A model generated the notes under the pieces. The model was not told the DNA's origin. It saw only the letters and a list, made by a program, of their open reading frames with translations, and searched no databases. Position numbers and translations under genes: made by a program. From the NCBI GenBank assembly GCA_964561475.1, contig CAZLPU010000007.1, positions 15,367-79,366 on the forward strand: a stretch of 64,000 bases of DNA, in the 5' to 3' direction. The stretch comes from an uncultured Alphaproteobacteria bacterium (GTDB lineage: Bacteria > Pseudomonadota > Alphaproteobacteria > JAJFIK01). Position 1 is the first letter of the stretch; every line of letters begins with the position of its first letter. Positions 45,948 through 54,535 of this stretch are shown one piece after another.

Positions 45948-47657
45948 ATGAGCGACCAAAGCTCGGCCGCCCAAGTTGCCAGCGGCTCGACCGCCCATAA
46001 CGACGACATGGCCTCGGGCCGCCCGGCCCTGAAGGCCTGGAAGTCCCTTGAAGCCCACGCCGCGGAGTTGAGGGGCCAGTCGATTCTGAACCTGTTCGCC
46101 GAGGACGAGGGCCGGTTCGGCGCCATGAACGCCTCCACCTGCGGCATCCTGCTCGACTACTCCAAGACCAAGATGACCCCGGACACCATGGCCCTGCTTC
46201 TGGCCCTGGCCCGGGATGTGGATCTGGAGGGACGGCGCACGGAAATGGTCACCGGCGCGCCCATCAACGTCACGGAAAAGCGCTCCGTGCTGCACACGGC
46301 CCTGCGCCGCATGGACCGGGCACCGGTCACCGTGGGCGGGCGCAACGTGGTCGAGGATGTGGAGCGGGTGGTCACCCACATGTCCGGCTTCGTGGAGCGG
46401 GTCCATAGCGGGGCCTGGGCGGGCTACACGGAAAAGCGCATCACCGATATCGTGAATATCGGCATTGGCGGCTCCGATCTGGGTCCCCGGCTGTTGTGCG
46501 ATGCCCTCAAGCCCTACCACACCGGCGGCATCCGCCCCCATTTCGTGTCCAATGTCGATGGGGTCGACATCATGGACACCCTGGCGGGGCTCGATCCGGA
46601 AACGACCCTGTTCATTATTTCATCCAAGAGCTTCACCACCCAGGAAACCATGGCCAATGCCCGGTCGGCCCGGGCTTGGCTCGTGGACCGTCTGGGAGAT
46701 CAGGCGGCGGTGGCCAAGCATTTCGTGGCCGTCTCCACCAATCTCGAAGCGGTCAAGGAGTTCGGCATCGATCCGGACAACACCTTCGAGTTCTGGGACT
46801 GGGTCGGCGGGCGCTATTCCCTCTGGTCCGCGATCGGTCTGTCCATCGCGCTGACCCTGGGCATGGCCCATTTCGATGCCCTGCGCCGGGGTGCTTTTTC
46901 CATGGACCGCCACTTCATGGATACGCCCCTGGAGCAGAACCTGCCGGTGTTGCTGGCCCTGGTCGGCATCTGGCATGCGAATTTCCAGCACCACCGCACC
47001 CTGGCGGTCCTGCCCTACAGTGCCCGGCTCGGCCTTCTGCCGTCCTATCTCCAGCAGGCGGATATGGAGAGTAATGGCAAGAGCGTCACCCGGGACGGCG
47101 AGCCGGTGGGCTACCAGACCGCACCAGTTCTCTGGGGAGGCGTGGGCACCGATGTGCAGCATTCCTTCTTCCAGATGCTCCACCAGGGCACCCAGGTGGT
47201 GCCGTGCGAATTCATCGGCGTTTCCGAGCCGGATACGGGCGATGAGGCCCATCACCGTCTGCTGATGGCCAATTTCTTCGCCCAGACCGAGGCCCTGATG
47301 CGCGGGCGCACGGGCGCGGAAGCCCGGTCCCTGCTGACCGGCGGCGGTGAGGATCCGGCCCAGGCGGATGCCCTGGTGCCCCACACCACATTCCCCGGCG
47401 GACGGCCCAGCGTAACCCTGCTGATCGACAAGCTCAGCCCGGAGCGCATGGGGGCCCTCATCGCCCTTTATGAACACAAGATTTTCACCCAGGGCGTCAT
47501 CTGGGACGTGAATTCCTACGACCAGTTCGGGGTGGAGCTGGGCAAGAAGGTTGCCAAGCGCCTCCTGGAAGACGACGGCGTGTCGGACATGAGCGCATCG
47601 ACACGGGGTCTGGTGGAGGCCTACAACGGCCACTGCCGCGATCGGGACCGTATCTGA
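45948..47657 (+). CDS. pgi: Glucose-6-phosphate isomerase.
   Basis: DYSKTKMT, NIGIGGSDLGPRL, IISSKSFTTQETMANA, WDWVGGRYSLWSAIG, QQADMESNGKSV and GVELGK are present. An alternative start is at 46008. Confidence 0.92.
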   Translation: MSDQSSAAQVASGSTAHNDDMASGRPALKAWKSLEAHAAELRGQSILNLFAEDEGRFGAMNASTCGILLDYSKTKMTPDTMALLLALARDVDLEGRRTEMVTGAPINVTEKRSVLHTALRRMDRAPVTVGGRNVVEDVERVVTHMSGFVERVHSGAWAGYTEKRITDIVNIGIGGSDLGPRLLCDALKPYHTGGIRPHFVSNVDGVDIMDTLAGLDPETTLFIISSKSFTTQETMANARSARAWLVDRLGDQAAVAKHFVAVSTNLEAVKEFGIDPDNTFEFWDWVGGRYSLWSAIGLSIALTLGMAHFDALRRGAFSMDRHFMDTPLEQNLPVLLALVGIWHANFQHHRTLAVLPYSARLGLLPSYLQQADMESNGKSVTRDGEPVGYQTAPVLWGGVGTDVQHSFFQMLHQGTQVVPCEFIGVSEPDTGDEAHHRLLMANFFAQTEALMRGRTGAEARSLLTGGGEDPAQADALVPHTTFPGGRPSVTLLIDKLSPERMGALIALYEHKIFTQGVIWDVNSYDQFGVELGKKVAKRLLEDDGVSDMSASTRGLVEAYNGHCRDRDRI

Positions 47658-47948
47658 TCGCTTGGGAAAACCGGTACCGGCGGGGGTACCGGAAGCGGCC
47701 CGTTCCAAGAGGCCGCACACGGGAACAGGACACGGGGAAACAGTCGTAAATCATCCGGATGGATGTTTGGGGGATACTTCAGGGGGAGGCTTGGGCCTGC
47801 GCTCTCATGGTGCAGGGTCTTGTCCGGGCTGGAACGCCGATCAGTACTCTGATCAGCGATCGGGCCTGGGCGCGGGCAACGGGCCTGACCGTCCTTTATG
47901 AGTATGGGCTTGCATGAGGATGGGCCCCGCATTGGCATGGGTACACTG

Positions 47949-49067
47949 ATGACGATTTTTCCCGTTGTTCTTTCCGGCGGCGTCGGGTCGAGGCTCTGGC
48001 CCGCATCGCGCGAATCCAACCCCAAACAGCTCCATGCCATGGTCTCCCCACGGACCATGGTGCAGGAAACCGTGCTCCGCAGCCGCACGGCCATGTTGAG
48101 CAGCGGCGGCGCCGGTCAGTCGGGAACCAACGCCGCCCAGCCCATCGCCGATCCCATCGTGGTCTGCAATGTCCGCCACACGGGCGCCATCGAACAACAG
48201 CTTGCGGATATCGGCGTAACACCCCATGCGATCATTGCCGAACCCGTAGGCCGCAACACCGCGCCTGCGGCGGCCCTGGCGGCTGTGGTGGCCGCCCAGG
48301 AAGATCCCGAGGCCATCCTCATTCTTCTGCCTGCGGATCACCACATCACCAATACGGAAGCCTTCGGCACCGCCATGTCCCGGGCGGTCTCCCTGGCCCA
48401 GCAGGGTCTGGTGGTCACCTACGGTATCGTGCCCGACAGCCCGGAGACCGGTTACGGTTACATCCGCCGGGGTGAGCCGATGACCGACGTGCCGGACTCC
48501 TATTCCGTTTCCAGTTTTGTCGAAAAGCCTGACCGTGAAACGGCGGAGTCCTATGTCGCCTCGGGCGATTACTACTGGAACGGCGGCATCTTCACCGTGG
48601 GATGCAGCACCCTGGAAGGGGAGATGGACCGGTTCTGCCCGGACATCCTCGCCCATGCCCGCAAGGCCGTCGCCAAGGCGGACCGCAAGGGCCGGGTCAT
48701 TCTTCCCGACAGTGACGTTTTCGGTGCCTGTCCGTCGGATTCCATGGACTATGCCGTGATGGAGCGCACCGAGCGGGCCGCCGTGGTGGCCGCGGATATG
48801 GGTTGGAGCGATGTGGGCTCCTGGTCCGCGCTCCACGATGTGTCCGAACGGGATGAGCATGGCAATGTGCTCACGGGGGATGTGGTCGCCATCGACAGCG
48901 GCAACTGCCTCGTGCGCTCCCAGGACCGGCTGGTGGCCGTGGCGGGCGTGGAAAACCTGATCGTGGTGGAAACCCCCGATGCGATCCTGGTGACCACCCG
49001 GGACAAGGCCCAGAAGGTCAAGGATATCGTCAATACCCTGAAGAAAACCGGCCGCTCTGAGCTTTGA
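47949..49067 (+). CDS. manC: Mannose-1-phosphate guanylyltransferase (nucleotidyltransferase domain only, no C-terminal cupin isomerase domain).
   Basis: FPVVLSGGVGSRLWPASR is the GG.G.RLWP.SR signature, followed by EPVGRNTAPA, PADHHI, FVEKPD, YYWNGGIF and WSDVGSW. Confidence 0.85.
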   Translation: MTIFPVVLSGGVGSRLWPASRESNPKQLHAMVSPRTMVQETVLRSRTAMLSSGGAGQSGTNAAQPIADPIVVCNVRHTGAIEQQLADIGVTPHAIIAEPVGRNTAPAAALAAVVAAQEDPEAILILLPADHHITNTEAFGTAMSRAVSLAQQGLVVTYGIVPDSPETGYGYIRRGEPMTDVPDSYSVSSFVEKPDRETAESYVASGDYYWNGGIFTVGCSTLEGEMDRFCPDILAHARKAVAKADRKGRVILPDSDVFGACPSDSMDYAVMERTERAAVVAADMGWSDVGSWSALHDVSERDEHGNVLTGDVVAIDSGNCLVRSQDRLVAVAGVENLIVVETPDAILVTTRDKAQKVKDIVNTLKKTGRSEL

Positions 49068-49076
49068 GAGGCGGAG

Positions 49077-49155
49077 CGGACCGTGGCTGGCGTCGCCTGA
49101 AGACCAGCAGGTCATGTTCAGTGCATCAACGGCCGGACAGCCAGCCCACGGTCCG
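49077..49155. repeat. Long-range inverted repeat between convergent manC and the greA-like gene.
   Basis: The left arm cggaccgtggctgg (49077-49090) pairs with the right arm ccagcccacggtccg (49141-49155) apart from one extra G. The spacer is 50 nt. Confidence 0.5.
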
Positions 49156-49170
49156 TGGGCGGAATGGCCC

Positions 49171-49614
49171 TCAGAGAACCTCTTCCACCGTCATCGTCTT
49201 TCCCCGGAAGGTATAGGTCTCGCCGGCCTTCTTGCCTTCCATGGCCTTGTAGATGGGGGCTTCCGTTGAGATCCCCATCAGCTCGACGCCATCGCAGGTG
49301 AACCGGGTGGTGGATACCGCCACGACGAAATGGCGTCCGCCGACCTTCACAACTGCGCCTTCTTCCACCGCCGATTTGGGGCTGAAATCCACCCGCTCAA
49401 TGTGTTCCAGTTTGTGGGCGTGGGTGAGGACCGGCTGATCGAAGGCTTCGGCCAGTTCACCCGCCGCGACGGCCTGGGCCTGTTCGTCATGTTCGATGGG
49501 TTCGCTCCGGTCCAGCCGGGCGCTTTCCAGGAACTCGAGATAGTCTTCCCGGGCATGGGCCAGCGCGTCGCTTTCCAGTTTCAGCATGGTCTGTCTGATT
49601 GCGGTCTTGTCCAT
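49171..49614 (-). CDS. GreA/GreB-family C-terminal-domain protein (Rnk-like regulator).
   Basis: A GGAGG RBS precedes the ATG at 49614. The C-terminus VKVGGRHFVVAVSTTRF...MGISTEAPIYKAMEGKKAGETYTFRGKTMTVEEV fits the GreA_GreB_C pattern (iS..SP...A..Gk..Ge). Confidence 0.6.
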   Translation of the reverse strand: MDKTAIRQTMLKLESDALAHAREDYLEFLESARLDRSEPIEHDEQAQAVAAGELAEAFDQPVLTHAHKLEHIERVDFSPKSAVEEGAVVKVGGRHFVVAVSTTRFTCDGVELMGISTEAPIYKAMEGKKAGETYTFRGKTMTVEEVL

Positions 49615-49666
49615 GGGATCCTCCAGGCTGTGGTGGTCGGGTCTTGGTGTCCTTTCGCGCAGCCGG

Positions 49667-50800
49667 TCAGGCGGCGTGCGTGTTCTGTCGATGAACGGGT
49701 CCATCCTGGTCCGGTTCATTCCCCTCAGGTCTATCCGGGTGGCACCCTTTTGAAGCGGCGCGGCGCAGCACGGTGAAATAGTTCGGCTGTATCTCCATGA
49801 TCTTCGCGTACCCGCTCATCATCAGCATACGGTGGAACAGGGGGAGATTGTAGTGGGGCACCCACATCATCATGTGGTGCTCCACATGGTAGTTCACCTG
49901 ATAGGGCGCCAGCACGAGGCGGACAAGGGGACCGGCAAGGGTGGTGCGGGCATTGCGCAACGGGTCGTCATTGTCCGGGACCATGGCGTGTTCGGCGATG
50001 TTGCGGATCCGGGTGACCAGGGGCAGCCATGTGGCCATGGGCACGAGCCAGAGCAGGACATAAAGATGGGCCTGGCCCATGGCACCAAGACCGCAGAGCA
50101 GGATCAGGTTGACGGTCACGAACCGGCCCACACCCCGCCAGGCCCGTACGAGGCGCTCCGTGGGCGGTGTATCGGGGGTGCCCCAGGCCGCACGAAACTG
50201 ATTGCGCCGCTGTTTCAGGAAGGTCTGGCCGGTCAAATCCCGGATAATCTTCCGGCGCAGGCTGGCCCCCGTGATCGGGAACGGGGCGGAAAGACCCAGA
50301 TCCGGGTCCTCCGGCTGCTGCACATGGCGGTGGTGGCGCAGATGATAGGCCCTGTAGACGAAAAGATCCGTACCCGTCGGCGCGCCGCAGAGCCACTGGC
50401 CGATCCAGTCATTGAGTCTGCGGTTGCGGATCAGGATGCCGTGGGCCGCGTCATGCATCAGCACGGCAAGGCCAAGCTGGCGCCCGCCCACGATCATCAC
50501 CCCCGGGACGAGCACCAGCAACCCAGCCCACCAGGCATAGGCGGCGGCCAGGCTGAAGACCGCCATGGTGGCGAAAATCCAGGCCCAGGCATTGACCACC
50601 GCCAGAACGCCCTTCCAGTTCGAGACCGTGCGCAGGCGCGCCACCTCCTCAGGGCTCAACACGTCCGCCGGATCGAAGCGCCAATGGGGAGGCGAGTGGG
50701 AAGGCGAGTGTGGGGGCGAGAAGGGCGGGGTGGCGGCAGGCGCACCGGCGGCTGTTGGATGGGTGTTTGGCCCATCGGGCTCTGGCGGGAAAAAGGCCAT
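49667..50800 (-). CDS. Membrane fatty-acid desaturase family protein.
   Basis: Three histidine boxes are present (HDAAHG, HLRHHRH, HVEHHMM) with hydrophobic spans between them. The N-terminus is Pro/Ser/His-rich and low-complexity. Confidence 0.8.
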   Translation of the reverse strand: MAFFPPEPDGPNTHPTAAGAPAATPPFSPPHSPSHSPPHWRFDPADVLSPEEVARLRTVSNWKGVLAVVNAWAWIFATMAVFSLAAAYAWWAGLLVLVPGVMIVGGRQLGLAVLMHDAAHGILIRNRRLNDWIGQWLCGAPTGTDLFVYRAYHLRHHRHVQQPEDPDLGLSAPFPITGASLRRKIIRDLTGQTFLKQRRNQFRAAWGTPDTPPTERLVRAWRGVGRFVTVNLILLCGLGAMGQAHLYVLLWLVPMATWLPLVTRIRNIAEHAMVPDNDDPLRNARTTLAGPLVRLVLAPYQVNYHVEHHMMMWVPHYNLPLFHRMLMMSGYAKIMEIQPNYFTVLRRAASKGCHPDRPEGNEPDQDGPVHRQNTHAA

Positions 50801-50933
50801 GGAACGTTTCCCTCGGTTTTTTGCTCATCCCTTTTTTGCTGATTTCAAGGGTGCCCCAAGCCAAACGCCTTTCCAAGTCCTCCGCTTTCAGCCGGATTTG
50901 TCCCGCCCGTCCTGTCCCGCCCGTCCTGGCCCG

Positions 50934-52127
50934 TCAGTAGGTCAGGGTCAGGGCCGCAAGGGTGCTGAAGAGAACCAGACTGGCGCTGTAATAGTCGTCC
51001 TGCCGGGACACCCGGGGAAAATAGATGTCACTGGCGGCAAAGGCATTGCCCTGATCGATCTTGGAGGCAAACTCCACCAACCTGCGCACGGCGAGGAAAC
51101 CGTTGGCCGCGTTGTACCGGGCGGTCTCGCCCGTGAACGGATTGATCCAGCTCGGCGGTGTGCTGGAGCGGGAATGCTCATCCCACGCCGTGGTGAACCG
51201 GTCCAGGAACCGGATTTCCGTGTGGCCGGACCAGATGAGATAGAGCGGGATCCGGATGGCGTCATAGCCAAATCGCGAGGGCCAGTCCGCCGCGGGCACC
51301 AGGGTGGCGTCCGCGTTCAGTTCCATCCAGTCCAGAGGCAGGCTGTCGGCACCGAAACCGGCGGTCTGCACCAGGATGATGCAGTCCCGGTAGATCTCCA
51401 CCCAGACCGGATGACCGGTGGCCTTGGCGATTTCGTCCAGGGCCGGAAAGACACAGTAGGACAGATTGACAATCCGCTTGCCCTTGCTCACGAAACCCGC
51501 CGCACCGGGAAGCAGAATCGTGCGTCCGGCGAACCGGTCCACCACCGAACGCTCCATGCCCCGGATGATTTCCATGGCCTCGTCCCGGTAGGCGGGTTCC
51601 TGGAAAAAGTCCGCCCCAAGAAGAAGCGCCCAGGCGATCAGGATGTCCCCATCGGTCGCGTTGTTGGGGTCGCTGACCGGGTTTTCAGGCTCGGAGGGGT
51701 CCCATTTCCAGGCGAAAAGCCCGTCATTGCGCCAGAGATTGCTTTTCGTCCAGGACCAGATCCGGTCATAGCTGCGCCGGTCCTGGCCGAACAGGGCGAA
51801 AAGCATGCCCGTCGCCTGGCCCTCCGAGTGGGAAATTCCCTTGTTGCCCGTGTCCAGGATCCGGCCATCGGAGGTCATGAACTTGGCCATGTAGCGTTGC
51901 CACTGGCGGTCCACGGCGCCGGTGTTCTGGGCCGCGGCCGGCATACTGTTCATGGTGCTGACCATCAGAACGAGCAGACCCGCCAGAACCATCAGGGGCG
52001 CCCGGATCCGGGTGGCCTTGGGTCCGTTCCCGGGCCGCCGGGCATGCCGTGCGGAGGAGCCTGGCAGGGGGCTCTGGGATGGGGCGGGACAGCGGAAATT
52101 GAGCATTAGCAGGCCACCTGGTCTCAT
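50934..52127 (-). CDS. Glycoside hydrolase family 8 (endoglucanase / BcsZ-like).
   Basis: GISHSEGQATGMLFAL is the catalytic Glu block. NATDGDILIAWALLLGADFF nearly matches the GH8 signature. The stretch APLMVLAGLLVLMVSTMNSMPAAAQ is signal-like. Confidence 0.8.
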   Translation of the reverse strand: MRPGGLLMLNFRCPAPSQSPLPGSSARHARRPGNGPKATRIRAPLMVLAGLLVLMVSTMNSMPAAAQNTGAVDRQWQRYMAKFMTSDGRILDTGNKGISHSEGQATGMLFALFGQDRRSYDRIWSWTKSNLWRNDGLFAWKWDPSEPENPVSDPNNATDGDILIAWALLLGADFFQEPAYRDEAMEIIRGMERSVVDRFAGRTILLPGAAGFVSKGKRIVNLSYCVFPALDEIAKATGHPVWVEIYRDCIILVQTAGFGADSLPLDWMELNADATLVPAADWPSRFGYDAIRIPLYLIWSGHTEIRFLDRFTTAWDEHSRSSTPPSWINPFTGETARYNAANGFLAVRRLVEFASKIDQGNAFAASDIYFPRVSRQDDYYSASLVLFSTLAALTLTY

Positions 52128-52423
52128 GAGGACGGACGGGACGTCGTCAGGACGGACAGTCGGATTTGAGCAGACCCATTGATTGAGGCAGGGCCTTCAC
52201 GCTGGAACTTGGGCGCGCACTCTCACTCGAGCAGTCCATCTGTCGTGAGATTCGCCGTGCAATCAAAGTACGACACCCGACCGCGACGCCCCAAGCTGCA
52301 ATTGGTCTTTTCAAGCGCGCACCCTGCCTGGGCAGGACCGGCTGGATCTGGTGATAGCAAGAAGGTCCGAAAGGGAGGCGGCCAATTTATGACTGAACCC
52401 GACAGAGGGAGGCCCTCGCCGGG

Positions 52424-52453
52424 TTAAACAGCCGTAAACGGGCCTCGCGGCCC
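52424..52453 (-). terminator. Candidate intrinsic terminator downstream of the PQQ-dehydrogenase gene.
   Basis: The palindrome gggcc-tcgc-ggccc lies at 52440-52453. On the minus strand it is followed by GUUUACGGCUGUUUAA. It lies about 30 nt after the stop codon. Confidence 0.4.
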
Positions 52454-52481
52454 GAGCCTGGATGTAGTGCGCGGTTGCGGA

Positions 52482-53714
52482 TTACCGGCCGGCGGGGGTC
52501 AGGCGCAGGAGTTTGCCGGACGAGCCGTCGGTGAGCACGTAGATGGCGCCGTCGGGGCCCGGGCGGGCGTCCCGGATCCGTCCCTCACTCGACAGAATGA
52601 TGTCCTGGGACGGCACGGCGTTCCCAGACAATCCGGCACTTCCCATTCCGCCACTTTCCGATCCGACGTTGGGCAAATCGACGCGGCGCAGATCACCGGG
52701 CACGAGCCCGGCCACCAGCAGGTCCCCCTGCCAGTCGGGGAACTGGCTGCCTTCATAGATCGCCAGTCCCGCCGGGGCGATGGAGGGGGTCCAATGGAGG
52801 ATGGGCTCCGGGAATGCCGGATGGCTGGTGAACGGCGAGACATAGGCGCCGTTGTAATCCAGACCGTAGGTCACGACCGGCCAGCCATAATTCTTGCCCG
52901 CCTCGATCCGGTTGATCTCGTCACCGCCCCGGGGACCGTGTTCATGGGCATAGATGGTCTGGGTGGACGGGTCATAGACCACGCCCTGGGCGTTGCGGTG
53001 GCCGGAACTGTAAATGTACCGGCCCGGCCCCGTGCGGTCCGCGAAGGGATTGTCCGCGGGCACCCCGCCCTCATCGGTCATGCGGACCATGGAGCCCATC
53101 TGATTGTCCAGATCCTGGGCGGCTTCCCGGTAGTCAAAGCCATCCCCGATGGCCAGCACGATGGTGTTGTCGGGCAGAAAGGCCATCCGGGCGCCGTAAT
53201 GGACGGCGGTGTCCTTCGTGGGGGCTGCCGAGAAAATCACCTCCACATTGGTGAGGGCACCATTGTCGTAGACACCCCGGGCGACCGCCGTGGAATTGGC
53301 GTCTTCCCCGCCTTCGGCAAAGGTCAGATACACCAGACGGTTCTGGTCGAAATCCGGGTGGAGGGCGATATCCATCAGGCCGCCTTGACCGGCAAAATAG
53401 ACCTCCGGCACACCGCTGACCGGCTCGGCGCGCAATGACGTGCCGCCTTCCACAAGGCGCAGGTCGCCGCTTTTCTCCGTCACCAGAATGTCGCCATTGG
53501 GCAGGAAGGCCAGGGCCCAGGGATAGGAAAGACCCGCACCCACGAGGGTCTCGACCTCGACAAGGCTGGTCAGATCACCGGCGGGTGCGGCAATGGGGCC
53601 TTCGCCTTGGCTTGGCGCGGTGCCCTGGGCGTGAGCCGGGGCAATGGCGGGACCAGCGAGGGCCAGGACGGATCCACTGATAAGGGCGGCCGCGAGCAGA
53701 ACGGATCGACGCAT
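52482..53714 (-). CDS. PQQ-dependent soluble sugar (aldose/sorbosone) dehydrogenase, beta-propeller.
   Basis: The signal peptide is MRRSVLLAAALISGSVLALAGPAIAPAHA. LSYPWALAFLPNGDILVTEKSG, HYGARMAF, YSSGHRNAQGVVYD, HEHGPRGGDE and NYGWP match the YliI/sGDH family. Confidence 0.85.
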   Translation of the reverse strand: MRRSVLLAAALISGSVLALAGPAIAPAHAQGTAPSQGEGPIAAPAGDLTSLVEVETLVGAGLSYPWALAFLPNGDILVTEKSGDLRLVEGGTSLRAEPVSGVPEVYFAGQGGLMDIALHPDFDQNRLVYLTFAEGGEDANSTAVARGVYDNGALTNVEVIFSAAPTKDTAVHYGARMAFLPDNTIVLAIGDGFDYREAAQDLDNQMGSMVRMTDEGGVPADNPFADRTGPGRYIYSSGHRNAQGVVYDPSTQTIYAHEHGPRGGDEINRIEAGKNYGWPVVTYGLDYNGAYVSPFTSHPAFPEPILHWTPSIAPAGLAIYEGSQFPDWQGDLLVAGLVPGDLRRVDLPNVGSESGGMGSAGLSGNAVPSQDIILSSEGRIRDARPGPDGAIYVLTDGSSGKLLRLTPAGR

Positions 53715-53952
53715 CGGATTCTCCGGAATAACGGAACCTTCTTCCTTCCAAAGAAAGCAGATCCCACGCATTATGTCAGGCTGTAATGGACATTTTCCCG
53801 GATTTGCCCATGGGTTAGCGGTGTGGCATTTGATCGAAGGGCGAGAACTGTCCCCACGAAATCCGGGGTTGGGGGCTCTCAACGGGGCCGGTTTGCGGGG
53901 CGCCAGCGCCCGGCGCCAAGGGCCCCGGCAACAGGTTTGACGGGTGAACATC

Positions 53953-54435
53953 ATGATTTCGGTCTTGCGGGTGTTAGTGGTTTTTGCGCTGGCTGTTGCC
54001 GTGACGGCGGTTCTGCTGGCGGCCATCAATACGCAGTTTGTCATCGCGGCTTATGACAGCGCGGCCCGCAATGTGGAGGGCGTGTCCGCCATCACCTTCT
54101 CCGAGAGGGTGGACTGGACCCTTCATGACATTCGGACGATGAATGATTTTGATGCCCCAAGCGAACTGCTGGCCGTGGTGGTGACCATCGCCCTGGGGGT
54201 TGCCTTCTTGGTGGCGGACCTGCTGTCCCGGCTGATGAAGCCTCTGCGCGGTGCAGTTTTCCTGGTGGCCGGCGCCTGCGGGATTAGTGCGGCGCTTTAT
54301 GTTCTCGATGCCGCACTTGGCCTCCAGCCCATCGCCGGAGCGCGGGGCATGGTCCCTCTGCTGGTCCATGGGCTAGCCGGAGCAATGGGCGGGGTGTTGT
54401 TCGCGGCCCTGACACCGGCCCCCGGATCCAAGTGA
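53953..54435 (+). CDS. Hypothetical small membrane protein (about 4 TM).
   Basis: Four hydrophobic segments are present. The start is ambiguous (GTG at 53944 or ATG at 53953). No family recognised. Confidence 0.45.
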   Translation: MISVLRVLVVFALAVAVTAVLLAAINTQFVIAAYDSAARNVEGVSAITFSERVDWTLHDIRTMNDFDAPSELLAVVVTIALGVAFLVADLLSRLMKPLRGAVFLVAGACGISAALYVLDAALGLQPIAGARGMVPLLVHGLAGAMGGVLFAALTPAPGSK

Positions 54436-54535
54436 TTCTCATTCCATAAAAGCGAGACACGGACCATCCGACCCAGCCCCATGGACGTGCTTTCACGGGC
54501 GCAATTCAGGCTGATTTGCTGAGACTTGGGGTTGG

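Noticed and set aside
49667-50800. The desaturase as a carotenoid ketolase (CrtW) completing the crt set.
   Set aside because: It has His boxes, as CrtW does. However, it is about 120 aa longer, and its box spacing and sequences look like a generic membrane fatty-acid desaturase. It is not adjacent to any crt gene. Evidence is insufficient without phylogeny.
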